Below, piece by piece: positions 1-10,074 of a stretch of 64,000 bases of DNA; position 1 is the stretch's first letter, and every line of letters starts with the position of its first letter. The notes beneath the pieces are model-generated. The model was given only the letters and a program-made list of their open reading frames with translations. It did no database searches and was not told where the DNA came from. A program made the position numbers and the translations under genes. The DNA comes from a virus, in IMG/VR virus record IMGVR_UViG_3300027857_000012, positions 1-64,000 of that record, one strand, 5' to 3'.

Positions 1-44
1 TGACTGAAGTCCTGTAACACCACTTTCAACAATAGAGGATTCTG

Positions 45-251
45 ATGCAGCATGAAGAAGAGGCTGATCTCGAAGAGACAGCATTAACATTTATTCCGAT
101 TCTCCCATCACCATATCCTGTCTGTATTCAGAAGGATCGTGATTATGATGATCCTGAACCAGGACTCACTGTGTCAAAACTGCAATTTATTACATTGTGC
201 GTTATCGGTGTCGTTCTTATTGTTTGTTTTTTACTCGCACTTCGAGCATAA
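45..251 (+). CDS. small membrane protein, hypothetical
   Basis: 68 aa ORF, GAGGA RBS upstream, C-terminal hydrophobic helix FITLCVIGVVLIVCFLLAL. Confidence 0.55.
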   Translation: MQHEEEADLEETALTFIPILPSPYPVCIQKDRDYDDPEPGLTVSKLQFITLCVIGVVLIVCFLLALRA

Positions 252-374
252 TATACTGAATGCGACATATTGTACATTTCAATGGTTGCATGATATAATA
301 CATAAGAGGCTGCTATTTTCTTTTGGCACCCACGCTCCAAAGAGAATGCATCATCAGCCTCTCTGAGAAAAAAT

Positions 375-1175
375 ATGCCACGTCGAGCAACGCTTCAACC
401 GAATATTGCACATAATGGAACAGTCACGACAGTAATGCCGATCGAAGAGAAGAAAACATATCGATCAGGCCCATTGCGTGGTGCGGCAAAAAGAAACAAG
501 GATCTGCGAGAACAAAAAGCCGAACAAAGTGATACCATTGATGCTGAAATGACTTCGGCTTTCAACGATCAAGAACCTCGGATCCTCGAAAAATATCAGC
601 CATCGTGGTATCCATGGGCCGCGATCGAAAAATTCTTTGTGCAGGGCGCACCTGATACAAGCGGCACGATCCATTACCCGACACTGAATGAAATTGCCGA
701 ACATTTCGGGATTTCGTATAGTTCTGTTCGAAGAAAGCTTGTTGAGCGAGATTGGGTGCAAAAACGAGAAGCATGGCAACTCGAATTGCACCGACAGATT
801 CAAGCGTCTGCAATGACTGATCTGATTGCGGCTGCGAATAAGTTTGACGCTGCATGTCTTGAAACAGCTCAACGCGCACTTGATGAAATTTTGAGCCATT
901 TGCTTGAAGCAAAAGCCGCTGGTGAAGCTGTCTCAAAACTTGATCTTGATCGACTCGGTCGATCTGCTGTCAATTGGCAACGCGTTGGTCGACTCTCACT
1001 TGGTTTGAGCACAGAGAACCAAGCTGCTCGACTCGAAATGCAGTCAGGTGAACAAGCTGCGTCGATCGATCTCAGCCGAATGACTGACGACGAATTAGCA
1101 CAACTCAAACTGCTCGCATCACAAGTCGAAGCTCGAACACGTCCACCAATCACAATCACAGAGGAGACACCATGA
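375..1175 (+). CDS. terS: putative terminase small subunit
   Basis: HTH (YPTLNEIAEHFGISYSSVRRK..W), helical middle ending RLSLGLSTEN, C-terminal IDLSRMTDDEL motif typical of TerS. Confidence 0.65.
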   Translation: MPRRATLQPNIAHNGTVTTVMPIEEKKTYRSGPLRGAAKRNKDLREQKAEQSDTIDAEMTSAFNDQEPRILEKYQPSWYPWAAIEKFFVQGAPDTSGTIHYPTLNEIAEHFGISYSSVRRKLVERDWVQKREAWQLELHRQIQASAMTDLIAAANKFDAACLETAQRALDEILSHLLEAKAAGEAVSKLDLDRLGRSAVNWQRVGRLSLGLSTENQAARLEMQSGEQAASIDLSRMTDDELAQLKLLASQVEARTRPPITITEETP

Positions 1176-1360
1176 TTGCATTTTTTCTTCGATGCCTCCA
1201 ACCACACGCGATTGAAATGCTCTTTATTTCAGCGATCTGTATTTGCGGTTTCGTCTACCCTGCATGGCCTGTAAAACCATCATCTATTATCGTCATGCTC
1301 CTCTTTCTTGTTATTGCTGTTCTCGCTTTTATTGCCTTCCTCTTGCTTGTCTCTGGATAG
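1172..1360 (+). CDS. small two-TM membrane protein
   Basis: ATGA overlap with upstream stop, GAGGAG RBS, two hydrophobic segments. Confidence 0.55.
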   Translation: MIAFFLRCLQPHAIEMLFISAICICGFVYPAWPVKPSSIIVMLLFLVIAVLAFIAFLLLVSG

Positions 1361-1430
1361 TTCTCACCACATCCTGAACACCTTTTTGGTGCCTCAGTTC
1401 AATTCAATGTAGATATTCTCATCTTCCTCT

Positions 1431-1470
1431 TCAGTTCACATCAGTTCATCTGAGTTCACATCAGTTCACA
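1431..1470 (+). repeat. 4 x 10 bp tandem repeat (TCAGTTCACA consensus)
   Basis: tcagttcaca tcagttcatc tgagttcaca tcagttcaca; related repeat at 13038-13055. Confidence 0.85.
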
Positions 1471-2289
1471 TGGTCGTTTCCTGATCACGTTGTCTTTCCT
1501 GCATTCTCTGGAGTTCTCTCAAATCTCTGTCGTTGTCAGACTTCAGCAGATCGCACGATCTTCATCTCATCACTTTCTCAATCGATACATTGCGCTCTGT
1601 AGTCTTCTTTCTCTCTCTTCTGCATCTTGATAGACACTAAACTCATTTCATTCTTATCAGAGAAGAAGAGAGCGTTCTTCGTAGACACTTCGATATGATC
1701 GTTTGTCTCTCTCTCAGAACTCGAATAATCGAGTATTGTTTTGACTGAGCACGCTGTTGCACACATTCACCGAGTTTCTCGAGAACTCCGGACAGAGCCG
1801 TGTATCAGAACACACCTGCGCTGCGTGACGAACACTGAAAATGCATATGCATTCGACGAATCATTCTGTGATTCGTCGACATCAGTTGCTCTGGTCGATC
1901 TGGCCCAGGACCGAGGACACACCCCGCTAGCGCGTTTTTCGACACATCCTAACACTCAAAATGTGTCTGTGCATTGCAGCATTTGAATAGTTCATATGAT
2001 GTGCATACAGCATGTACGAACAACACGATGCAAAATGCCTTCAATGGATGAGTGTGTGTGTTTTGTGAACGCTCGCGGTGCTGGAATGTGTCGTCCGGGC
2101 CGGGACCGAGGATGTGCACGCAGATATATGTTTCGAGTGAGACAAATGCAAGTATGCCTCCAAGTGCATAGAAGCACAAGCATATGCATGCCCTCTATGT
2201 GCACCCCACTAGCGTGAAAAATGCCTTAAAGCATTTTTAGAAGAGCAGTGCGAAAGGCATAGAGGATGTGGTGAAATAAAAGTGTGCAT

Positions 2290-2323
2290 AAAAAAGGCCG
2301 GTGCGTTCGATACTGCACCGGCG
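2290..2323 (-). terminator. intrinsic terminator of the leftward operon
   Basis: GCCGGTGC/GCACCGGC stem with an A-run on its left (U-tract on the minus strand), just after the stop of 2356-2643. Confidence 0.65.
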
Positions 2324-2355
2324 CTGAATGTGATGTGAGAATTAATATGCGTCTG

Positions 2356-2643
2356 TCAATGTTCTAGTGTGTCAGAATACCACGTTGGTATTTTTGGATC
2401 TGGCGTGGTGAAGAATGTCTCATTCACCAAGAGCAGATAGACAGTATCATCATCTGTTTCGACTTCGACGAATTGAACAGACGATGCACTAACAGCATCA
2501 TTGAGTTTGGCGATCGTTGTATCATCCATCGCATGCGCTTCAAACGTTTGCCATCCCACAACGCCAGGGAGTGACGTGGCATCACGGAGATCACGAAGGT
2601 GGCTTGGATCAAATGTGGCATGTGCTTGTCCTGTTGTTTCCAC
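2356..2643 (-). CDS. hypothetical protein
   Basis: 95 aa ORF, GAAAGGA RBS before GTG. Confidence 0.65.
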   Translation of the reverse strand: METTGQAHATFDPSHLRDLRDATSLPGVVGWQTFEAHAMDDTTIAKLNDAVSASSVQFVEVETDDDTVYLLLVNETFFTTPDPKIPTWYSDTLEH

Positions 2644-2670
2644 GGATCAATGTCCTTTCAGTGTGCTATT

Positions 2671-3054
2671 TTAACTATGATCAATTTCATGATCGATCGG
2701 CTCGAACATCGTCAGGCGTGTGCGCAGAATACCGACGTACTCATCGAGAAACGCTACAGATACCTCAAACTCGTACATGTCTGCAGATGGAATCAGAATG
2801 CACTGCATCGTGGCGACGCCGGATGATGATTCGTGGTCGGCAGAAACACCAATAAAGAAATCACCAGGTGTGTAGTAGAGGCCAAAAACGCATACATTTG
2901 TTGGGTGCGTTTCCTCATCCACATAATCGCCTCGACGCTCCAGTTCGCACTGGAGTGCTTTGATTTCATCGAGTGTCTGTTCGACATGAGGAAGGAGATC
3001 TGGTTGTCCAGTGTACTCATATGAGAGGATTCGTCCATCGGTAAGTATTGCCAT
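2671..3054 (-). CDS. hypothetical protein (MAILTDGR...)
   Basis: start placed at ATG after GAAAGGAACACACACT leader; downstream of repeat promoter 3094-3122. Confidence 0.75.
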   Translation of the reverse strand: MAILTDGRILSYEYTGQPDLLPHVEQTLDEIKALQCELERRGDYVDEETHPTNVCVFGLYYTPGDFFIGVSADHESSSGVATMQCILIPSADMYEFEVSVAFLDEYVGILRTRLTMFEPIDHEIDHS

Positions 3055-3093
3055 AGTGTGTGTTCCTTTCGTGTAGTTGTATTTTCTATTCTT

Positions 3094-3122
3094 ATTATAA
3101 CTTGTTTTCGTGTGAATGTATA
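3094..3122 (-). promoter_or_regulatory. repeat promoter element 1
   Basis: TATACA-17bp-TATAAT on minus strand; 15 bp hairpin at 3133-3171. Confidence 0.8.
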
Positions 3123-3178
3123 TAGTTTTATCACGAATATGCATGAAATCGAATTATTCATGCATATTCGTCGAGTCT

Positions 3179-3544
3179 TTATGGAAGTGGATTTGACATC
3201 CACGTGAACAATTCGATAAGGAATGGCCCAAACTCTTCACCACGGAGTTCGAGAACATGCTCATACTGTGCACCAGGGCCCTCATCAGATGCTTCTTCGT
3301 ATGCTAGTTCTTCTTCAGTCAAAATGTATGTTCCGCTGTAGAGAGGCATCTCAGATTCACGAATAACACGAATCGTTAGTTTTGTTTCATATGCTTGTTC
3401 ACCGACACGTTTCAGGTAATATCGCGTATTTCGAAATGTGATAAGAGGATAATATTCGGGGCACGTGCCAGAATCAGAAACTTCATCAATGACCTCGTTG
3501 ATGCTTCGAATGAGTTTTTCAGTGTCTTGTGGCGTGATAAACAT
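3179..3544 (-). CDS. hypothetical protein
   Basis: 121 aa, GAAAGGAATCACACG-ATG leader. Confidence 0.75.
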   Translation of the reverse strand: MFITPQDTEKLIRSINEVIDEVSDSGTCPEYYPLITFRNTRYYLKRVGEQAYETKLTIRVIRESEMPLYSGTYILTEEELAYEEASDEGPGAQYEHVLELRGEEFGPFLIELFTWMSNPLP

Positions 3545-3600
3545 CGTGTGATTCCTTTCGGGCCGATTTTTGAGTGAGAATCGGCAAGCTCATTTGTGTG

Positions 3601-3882
3601 CTATTGAGTGAGCTGTTGTACAATTTTTTCAATGAATGGATTTGTGCGCTCGAAATGCATGTGAAGTGTGCCTACAGGATACTCTGTGCCATCTGGCGAC
3701 ATTTCAAATTCTGTTTCACCTTGTGGGCACAAATCGATGTCGACACTTATTTCATCCTCTGCATTCCACAGTGATAATATAGTGTATCGTTTTGGCAGAC
3801 CGCATACTTGTTCAATGTCGACAAATGCTTGCTTGAATTCGAGATTCGCGTTTGCGTGTGCAATTTTGAGTGGTGAAATCAT
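3601..3882 (-). CDS. hypothetical protein
   Basis: 93 aa, GAAAGGATCACACA-ATG leader. Confidence 0.75.
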   Translation of the reverse strand: MISPLKIAHANANLEFKQAFVDIEQVCGLPKRYTILSLWNAEDEISVDIDLCPQGETEFEMSPDGTEYPVGTLHMHFERTNPFIEKIVQQLTQ

Positions 3883-3930
3883 TGTGTGATCCTTTCAAAT
3901 TTTTGAAATTACTTTTGAATTTCTATTAAT

Positions 3931-3959
3931 ATTATAACACAAAACGAGTCAAAAGTACA
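3931..3959 (-). promoter_or_regulatory. repeat promoter element 2
   Basis: TGTACT-17bp-TGtTATAAT on minus strand. Confidence 0.85.
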
Positions 3960-4186
3960 TAGTTTTTACACGAGTTTTCAAGTTCGTGAAGAAATTCGTT
4001 GTTTCTGCATCATTTAAGTGAAATACGTATACTGCACACCAGAACAGCATGCATCCACGAAATGTAAGATTATATGTCCACTTTTCCAGCGCATTCCAAT
4101 ATGTGTTCAGAGGGCACACATTTCGATGTGAAATGAACGAATTTTTATTCATTTTTATATTTTCATCAAAATTCGTGCAAAAAGTA

Positions 4187-4215
4187 TGTACTTTTCCATG
4201 AAAACAAGTTATAAT
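4187..4215 (+). promoter_or_regulatory. repeat promoter element 3 (divergent from element 2)
   Basis: TGTACT-17bp-TATAAT. Confidence 0.85.
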
Positions 4216-4284
4216 AAGTATAGAAATTGAATATACGAATTGAGAACATACTTCCTCAATTCGAAGAAAGAAAAGGAAATAAAA

Positions 4285-4995
4285 ATGACTACTCAGAACA
4301 CGACAACCACACCACGGACAAAGCTCACGACACCTGAGATGAATGCAGTACGCATTATGATGTCAGATCACTATTCAACCATTCACCAGTACGACGACTC
4401 GACGATGCAGATCTTTTATGCAAAACTCGGACATCTCACAGCGATGCTCGATGGCCAGATCCCATTCGAGGGCACTCCGTCTTACACACCACTGCCACAA
4501 CTCGAGGATGTGCCTGGGGAGCGTCTCTTCACACACAAATTTTATGCGAGACGTGATGATATGAGAGCACTCAAGATGGCTTTGCTCGACAACATGTGCC
4601 TCTTGCACATGCCACACACTATGACCACAACAGACCCTGCCATCATCTACTCGAGTGTCCGCAGTTCTGCTGCTGCCGCACTTCGCAGCTATGAAGCGAA
4701 TGCTTCGTTCATGCTGGGATTTAGCCGTCGCGAAGGCAAAGAGGAAGTTTTCCTCGTCAATCCATATCGCAGCACGACATCTGTCGAGACACAAGAGGAG
4801 GAGGCAGAAATGCCTTCCCTCGAAGAGACCATCGACGAAACATCAGACGAAATCGTTGAGCCAGAGACATTCGGAGATGTGCTTGAGAAAGATGACACAG
4901 AGGAGGAAGAGAGCGAAGACGAGTCATCTGTGCAGGAAATCGCACCACTCTACGAAGAAGAGCATGAAGACGATTCAGACCTGAGCGACGTCTAA
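4285..4995 (+). CDS. hypothetical protein with acidic C-terminal tail; paralog of 14555-15148
   Basis: AAAGGA RBS; shares IMxSDH..FYAKLG.L.AM..G.IPFEG.P.Y..LP.L with 14555-15148. Confidence 0.8.
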   Translation: MTTQNTTTTPRTKLTTPEMNAVRIMMSDHYSTIHQYDDSTMQIFYAKLGHLTAMLDGQIPFEGTPSYTPLPQLEDVPGERLFTHKFYARRDDMRALKMALLDNMCLLHMPHTMTTTDPAIIYSSVRSSAAAALRSYEANASFMLGFSRREGKEEVFLVNPYRSTTSVETQEEEAEMPSLEETIDETSDEIVEPETFGDVLEKDDTEEEESEDESSVQEIAPLYEEEHEDDSDLSDV

Positions 4996-5008
4996 GACAC
5001 ATCCAAGA

Positions 5009-5045
5009 GAATCGACCAGTCGAAAGGCTGGTCGATTCTTCTTTG
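5009..5045 (+). terminator. intrinsic terminator
   Basis: GAATCGACCAG/CTGGTCGATTC stem followed by TTCTTT. Confidence 0.75.
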
Positions 5046-5093
5046 CGGGAATCAACGAGTTTTCTTCTTTATTTCAAATTCGTGTTAAAAGTA

Positions 5094-5122
5094 TGTACGT
5101 TCGATGCAAAACAGTGTATAAT
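5094..5122 (+). promoter_or_regulatory. repeat promoter element 4
   Basis: TGTACG-17bp-TATAAT. Confidence 0.85.
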
Positions 5123-5168
5123 CTATTTAGAAGATAATTCAAATGCATCGTTGAAAGGATCACACATC

Positions 5169-5447
5169 ATGACACAAGAAAAAATCGGTCAAGCAGCCCT
5201 TATTCTCGAGCATCTCGCACTGAAGCGAAAAGCACCCCAGTTTCGCGGACTCCCAATCGTCGGGATCAAAGTGAAAGAAGGCACTCAGGATATTCCACAA
5301 GTGTTGCTCGTGTTGTACCATTTATCGTATCTCACCATGCCACCACTTGATCTTGGTGTCTGCTCAACATGGATTAAATTGCACGAAGATGGATGGTTCT
5401 GCATCACCGAATCTGAGCTTCGAAACTTGTACGATCAATTATCATAA
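5169..5447 (+). CDS. hypothetical protein; tandem paralog of 5468-5779
   Basis: GAAAGGATCACAC leader; shared motifs AALI..HL, IKV..G..DI, LDL..C..W. Confidence 0.75.
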   Translation: MTQEKIGQAALILEHLALKRKAPQFRGLPIVGIKVKEGTQDIPQVLLVLYHLSYLTMPPLDLGVCSTWIKLHEDGWFCITESELRNLYDQLS

Positions 5448-5467
5448 ACTTGAAAGGATCTCAGTAC

Positions 5468-5779
5468 ATGACACGAAACGATATTCGAAAAGCTGCTCTT
5501 ATTCAGAAACATCTTTTATCGAACACGATTCCATCACTCATCTATCGTCGTTCGTCGATTCACGAAATAAAAGTGATGCAAGGACACAGAGACATAGAAT
5601 CAGCGTTTCTCGCATGGTGTTATCAAGAAGCGCTGTTTCTCGACAAACTTGATCTAACGAAGTGTACAGTGTGGGTCAGATATCCAAATTATGAAGAAGA
5701 GAAGCATGATTGGATGCTGCTCACACAAGAAGATCTTGACTCTCTTTTCTGTCAACTGCCACATGTGTTCGCAGCATAG
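5468..5779 (+). CDS. hypothetical protein; tandem paralog of 5169-5447
   Basis: GAAAGGATC RBS; same motifs as the upstream gene. Confidence 0.75.
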   Translation: MTRNDIRKAALIQKHLLSNTIPSLIYRRSSIHEIKVMQGHRDIESAFLAWCYQEALFLDKLDLTKCTVWVRYPNYEEEKHDWMLLTQEDLDSLFCQLPHVFAA

Positions 5780-5823
5780 ACTCAACGAATATTCTTGTTC
5801 GATGCGAATTCATCATAAAACAA

Positions 5824-5852
5824 TGTACATTCGCATCGAACTGTGATATAAT
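5824..5852 (+). promoter_or_regulatory. repeat promoter element 5
   Basis: TGTACA-17bp-TGaTATAAT; spacer pairs with 5797-5809. Confidence 0.85.
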
Positions 5853-5896
5853 ATATTTAGATAAAGAAAATGACCATTCGAAAGGAATCACACACT

Positions 5897-6082
5897 ATGG
5901 CAAAACAGAAAAGTCTTTTAAAAACGAAAATGATCGCGCAGACAAAGACACACTACTTTTTGAAAACCGTCCTTATGATTTTCGTGATGCTTTTCGCAGT
6001 TGGGCACATTGTGTTTCAAACGATTGCGAAGGTTCTCGAGACACTGCATGACATCACGAAATCATACTATATGTCACTGTAG
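5897..6082 (+). CDS. small protein with one hydrophobic helix
   Basis: GAAAGGAATCACACACT-ATG leader. Confidence 0.65.
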   Translation: MAKQKSLLKTKMIAQTKTHYFLKTVLMIFVMLFAVGHIVFQTIAKVLETLHDITKSYYMSL

Positions 6083-6091
6083 GAGGATGAT

Positions 6092-6445
6092 ATGTCTGTC
6101 TCAACAACAAAAATTTCATCAATGCCATATCGGAAACTCGCCAATGATCTTTGGGATGCTCGACTTGAATCTGGCAATCCATTGATCCCACTGACCATCG
6201 GAGAGACACAATTCGCTATTGTGTCTGTGTCTCTCGTCATCGTTGGACAAGAAGTCATGCCAGACGCATACGAAACAGATTGGCAACTTTATTATCCGAA
6301 TTCACTGTGTTGGAGAGTGACGTACCTTCCACTCGATGATTGGCAAAGTGATGATGTGCCATCGTATGCGAATCTCGGAATTCTCACATTGCCACATGCA
6401 TCGAAGATTCCATCTTTGTTGCTTGCGTACGTACACGCACAGTAG
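6092..6445 (+). CDS. hypothetical protein
   Basis: 117 aa, AGGAGG RBS. Confidence 0.7.
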   Translation: MSVSTTKISSMPYRKLANDLWDARLESGNPLIPLTIGETQFAIVSVSLVIVGQEVMPDAYETDWQLYYPNSLCWRVTYLPLDDWQSDDVPSYANLGILTLPHASKIPSLLLAYVHAQ

Positions 6446-6499
6446 AGTCAACGAATATTGCTTTACTGTGCAAATAAAGCAATATTCGTGCTAAAACAA

Positions 6500-6528
6500 T
6501 GTACATCTACACGAATACGTGATATAAT
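6500..6528 (+). promoter_or_regulatory. repeat promoter element 6
   Basis: TGTACA-17bp-TGaTATAAT; 15 bp hairpin 6451-6489. Confidence 0.85.
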
Positions 6529-6566
6529 AGAACTAGAAAATACAAATTCGAATAGAGGAGCACACA

Positions 6567-6860
6567 ATGAAAACTGTCAAATCACCACAATTTGAAACCA
6601 TCGAGGATTTCAAGGCACTTGAGGGTGTCATCGCAATCGAGACACATCTCTACAGGATTGGCCCAATCTCATATCCTGCCTTTCTGAAAGCAAAAGAGCA
6701 ACTTGATACTGCTGTCAATGCGCTCAATGCTTGTTTTCTAACGAACAAGCATTTCGAAGCACTCTGCATGGAGTTTCCTTCCTACATGGTTCTCTGCGTC
6801 CGAGATACACGTAAGAATGTCTCGTACTTCGAGAAACTTGAGGAGGTGCCAAATGCCTAA
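6567..6860 (+). CDS. hypothetical protein
   Basis: GAGGAGCACACA-ATG leader. Confidence 0.7.
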   Translation: MKTVKSPQFETIEDFKALEGVIAIETHLYRIGPISYPAFLKAKEQLDTAVNALNACFLTNKHFEALCMEFPSYMVLCVRDTRKNVSYFEKLEEVPNA

Positions 6861-7371
6861 CATCCGAAAACAGCGATACGAGCAGATACTTGCAAATAAT
6901 CGCCTCACGTGGAAGACGCTCCGTGGCATTGTGAGTAGCTTGAATCATCGAACAGATGACTTCTTTGATGACGAGACAGCAAAAGAAACGTGGCGAGGTG
7001 AAGACCCATATGTGTTCATGGAGAAGCGAATCATGTGCGCGCTTCGTCGACTGCACCTGTTACGTGTTCCTCTGCACTATGATATCAATCATCGTGCCTA
7101 TGTTGTTCGTGAAGAGTGCTATCATGTGCTCTTTGACGATATGCTTGAAGATGGCATCGAGAAAGTCAATGCGTTATACGATACGTGGGTCAATATGCGC
7201 AAAAGTGTTGCAAAAGAAACTGCTGAAAGCACCTATCTGAAAGCGCTCGAGCGTCTCGTCAGCGCATATCGAGACCAGATCTTCTTTTCAGAAGTTTTGC
7301 AACAATGGCAGATCCTCGAGAACGATGACGGCACGTGGCTCTCAGAACTTGACGAGGTGTTGCATGCCTAA
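6853..7371 (+). CDS. hypothetical protein (MPNIRKQ...)
   Basis: AGGAGG RBS, overlaps upstream stop. Confidence 0.7.
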   Translation: MPNIRKQRYEQILANNRLTWKTLRGIVSSLNHRTDDFFDDETAKETWRGEDPYVFMEKRIMCALRRLHLLRVPLHYDINHRAYVVREECYHVLFDDMLEDGIEKVNALYDTWVNMRKSVAKETAESTYLKALERLVSAYRDQIFFSEVLQQWQILENDDGTWLSELDEVLHA

Positions 7372-7660
7372 TCGAGTCGTCCTTACTCGTCAACAATCCG
7401 TAATTCGGTTCGGGAATCCCTACGGGGATTCCATGAACATGTTTCTTCGAGTCCTCAATGGGCTTTGGCGTGCCAGAAAAGTGATCTGTGCAGAGCGCTA
7501 TCCAGAGGAAACACAAGAACTTGATCGGTGCATTAAAGCGGGCGTCGCATATCTCAGAGAACACGAGATCGCGAGACCATGGGAATTCAATAGTTTCACT
7601 GGATACTCGTTCAAAGATCTCAGTGAGTCAATGTGGGAGGGACACTGGTCGAACTTTTAA
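7364..7660 (+). CDS. hypothetical protein (MPNRVVL...)
   Basis: GAGGT RBS, overlaps upstream stop. Confidence 0.65.
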   Translation: MPNRVVLTRQQSVIRFGNPYGDSMNMFLRVLNGLWRARKVICAERYPEETQELDRCIKAGVAYLREHEIARPWEFNSFTGYSFKDLSESMWEGHWSNF

Positions 7661-7714
7661 AATTACCAATCAAAATGAATTTTCATAAAAGTACATATAT
7701 TCGTGCCAGAAGTA

Positions 7715-7743
7715 TGTACTTTTATACGAAAACATGATATAAT
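7715..7743 (+). promoter_or_regulatory. repeat promoter element 7
   Basis: TGTACT-17bp-TGaTATAAT; 13 bp hairpin 7685-7725. Confidence 0.85.
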
Positions 7744-7782
7744 ATATTTGTAAAGTTCAAATAAATTGAAAGGAAAATCCAA

Positions 7783-8289
7783 ATGATTCAAAACCGAAAA
7801 GAACAACTTCACAAGAAATTGCATCAAATTTACGAAAATGGCGCTGGAAGAACAGAAGGTATCATTGATAGTCTGCTGCAAGAATCATTTCTTGGCCACA
7901 TCTACTTTATTCATGGCATAGGTGAAACAATAGAATATCCACCTTGTGAAGAGTGGGATACGAATGATAAAGACTACACTCTTGTCAAATTTGGACTCTA
8001 TCAAGAAGGTAATGGTTGCATTGAAATATTCTCTGTCCCAGTCTCGACAAAAGTGCTCAATGACATTGCCACTCGTATCGACGCAGCGTACTATCACTGG
8101 ATGCAGCGAGAGCCACAAAGCGTAAAACGGGACAATCCGTTCGACTATTATCGAACACTGTTCAATGTCACGATTGAATGCACGTATGATATGAATGAGC
8201 GTGAATTCGGTCGACTCTCTCCACAATCTCAACAGGCAGTGATCGAAGACGCTGAGCGATTCGCGTTTCTGCCACCAAAAGACGTGTAG
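7783..8289 (+). CDS. hypothetical protein
   Basis: 168 aa, GAAAGGA RBS. Confidence 0.75.
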   Translation: MIQNRKEQLHKKLHQIYENGAGRTEGIIDSLLQESFLGHIYFIHGIGETIEYPPCEEWDTNDKDYTLVKFGLYQEGNGCIEIFSVPVSTKVLNDIATRIDAAYYHWMQREPQSVKRDNPFDYYRTLFNVTIECTYDMNEREFGRLSPQSQQAVIEDAERFAFLPPKDV

Positions 8290-8338
8290 TTTTTCGAAAG
8301 GCTTTGAGCATGTGCCTTAAACATGCTCAGGAGCAATC

Positions 8339-8827
8339 ATGGCGAAATTTACAAAAGAACAAATCGATTTGATTACTGCACATATTGACGAAGCACATAA
8401 AAACAATCAACGGGTTTGTCTTGGTCTCTCGATGAATAACCTGTATGGTATGGAAGAAGGCACTGAATACTGTTACATTGATAAACCGAACGAGAATGAA
8501 CCCAATTCCATCACTGTGTATCCTGTTGATTGGTACATGGAAGGGAACATCCGAGAACTGCTCTATGATGATAGTCTGTCATTCGGATTAGAACATATGA
8601 CGCAAGATGAGATCAATGTGTTTGTACGCGAGACCATCGATCCGATTCATCTTCTTGACGTACAACTTGTTGTTAAGTGTATGTATGATGGTGAAACGCC
8701 AGAAACGGCTGATTACATGCAGGTTTCTATTCGGGCAAAGAGAGAAGCACTCCCTCGTCAATATGTCGCTATTCTTGCATTCGATCAAACAAAAAATGCG
8801 TATGTTACTGTCGCTTCACATGCATAG
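8339..8827 (+). CDS. hypothetical protein
   Basis: 162 aa, AGGAG RBS immediately after hairpin TGAGCATGT/ACATGCTCA. Confidence 0.75.
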   Translation: MAKFTKEQIDLITAHIDEAHKNNQRVCLGLSMNNLYGMEEGTEYCYIDKPNENEPNSITVYPVDWYMEGNIRELLYDDSLSFGLEHMTQDEINVFVRETIDPIHLLDVQLVVKCMYDGETPETADYMQVSIRAKREALPRQYVAILAFDQTKNAYVTVASHA

Positions 8828-8872
8828 GAGTCAATGAACGTATCGAATGTACATATATTCGTGTTAAAAGTA

Positions 8873-8901
8873 TGTACATTCGATACAAAACAATATATAA
8901 T
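8873..8901 (+). promoter_or_regulatory. repeat promoter element 8
   Basis: TGTACA-17bp-TATAAT; 16 bp hairpin 8840-8886. Confidence 0.85.
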
Positions 8902-8941
8902 TTATTTAGAAGAACAAATACAAATTTGAAAGGACCATTCC

Positions 8942-9589
8942 ATGACAGATTACATTACACCAGAACGCTTTGAAGTTGCTCAAAAAGAATTGAGGCAATT
9001 GTACGAGGAGAAACGCCCACTGCCCATTGTTTACTTCAATCAGCAAAAGCTCCAGTTGCTTAGTTTTTGGCAAAACCCGAGTGAAGATGGGCGGCATGTT
9101 TGGATTTTCGCAACAGCGCCAGAGAGTCCGCTCGTGTTTCAAAGTCCATTGCACGACCGACCTATTGGATACACCGAACATGATCTCACAATGCCGCAAG
9201 ACTACTCGGTACTCGACTGGATTCTGAGTGCCATCTCATATGCGCTCCGTGGCCCAGATCTTGATCTTGTCTGGATCATCGAACAGTACGAAAACATCAA
9301 TGCCGTCTCACTCGAAGGAGAGAACTGGCTTGATCAGATTCAAGACAAGGAGAAAGTTGCAAAGGTTCGTGACATCCTCGCGCACCGAGACCTCTATTCA
9401 ATCGGCAACGTCAGTGATCGAATAATCAAATCTGCAACTGGCCGAGTCGTTCGAAAACACGGAACAATCACTGACGTGATTCGAGCACATGGCGTAACAT
9501 TTGGCTACTTCCAAAGTCATGTCGGAGCCCCAAAACGACTTGCGAAACTTGCTGATGACGATGGATGTTGGTACATCACGATCGAATAG
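8942..9589 (+). CDS. hypothetical protein
   Basis: 215 aa, GAAAGGA RBS. Confidence 0.75.
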   Translation: MTDYITPERFEVAQKELRQLYEEKRPLPIVYFNQQKLQLLSFWQNPSEDGRHVWIFATAPESPLVFQSPLHDRPIGYTEHDLTMPQDYSVLDWILSAISYALRGPDLDLVWIIEQYENINAVSLEGENWLDQIQDKEKVAKVRDILAHRDLYSIGNVSDRIIKSATGRVVRKHGTITDVIRAHGVTFGYFQSHVGAPKRLAKLADDDGCWYITIE

Positions 9590-9634
9590 AGTCAACGAAT
9601 AATCTGAAATCCATTGAATTCGTCATGAAAACTA

Positions 9635-9663
9635 TGTACATTCAATGGATTTCATGATATAAT
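9635..9663 (+). promoter_or_regulatory. repeat promoter element 9
   Basis: TGTACA-17bp-TGaTATAAT; 15 bp hairpin 9605-9654. Confidence 0.85.
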
Positions 9664-9701
9664 ATATTTAGAAAATACAAATTCGAAAGGAAATACCACA
9701 C

Positions 9702-10070
9702 ATGCATCCAACAACCGTTCTTGAAAGTCTCAATACGATTATCACTGAACTCTCCGATGGAGGCATTGAATTCGAACGATTGCCAAAATTCTTTTATCGA
9801 GGCGGTGGATCAGCATTCATTTTCCAGGTTCTTGCCATCGACGAAAAAGAAGTGACATTCATGATCGTTTCGAGTTGGGACAGATACAGATCACGTCTTG
9901 TCTCTGCACGAAAATGTCTTTATGACACGATGACAGTGCAAGAATATCAAGATATTGTATGCACCATTTCTGGCACGATGTCAATCACGATCGAAACCTG
10001 GAATACCGTCATGCTTCCACAATTCATCGCTCTTGCGGTGAATCACATGCAACGTCGAACGGAGCGATGA
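9702..10070 (+). CDS. hypothetical protein
   Basis: 122 aa, GAAAGGA..CACAC-ATG leader. Confidence 0.75.
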   Translation: MHPTTVLESLNTIITELSDGGIEFERLPKFFYRGGGSAFIFQVLAIDEKEVTFMIVSSWDRYRSRLVSARKCLYDTMTVQEYQDIVCTISGTMSITIETWNTVMLPQFIALAVNHMQRRTER

Positions 10071-10074
10071 ATTA

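Noticed and set aside
1361-2350. Short ORFs in both directions (1578-1766, 1741-1986, 1949-2217 and others)
   Set aside because: No RBS, Cys/His/Arg-rich shadow-like translations and mutual overlaps; treated as non-coding.
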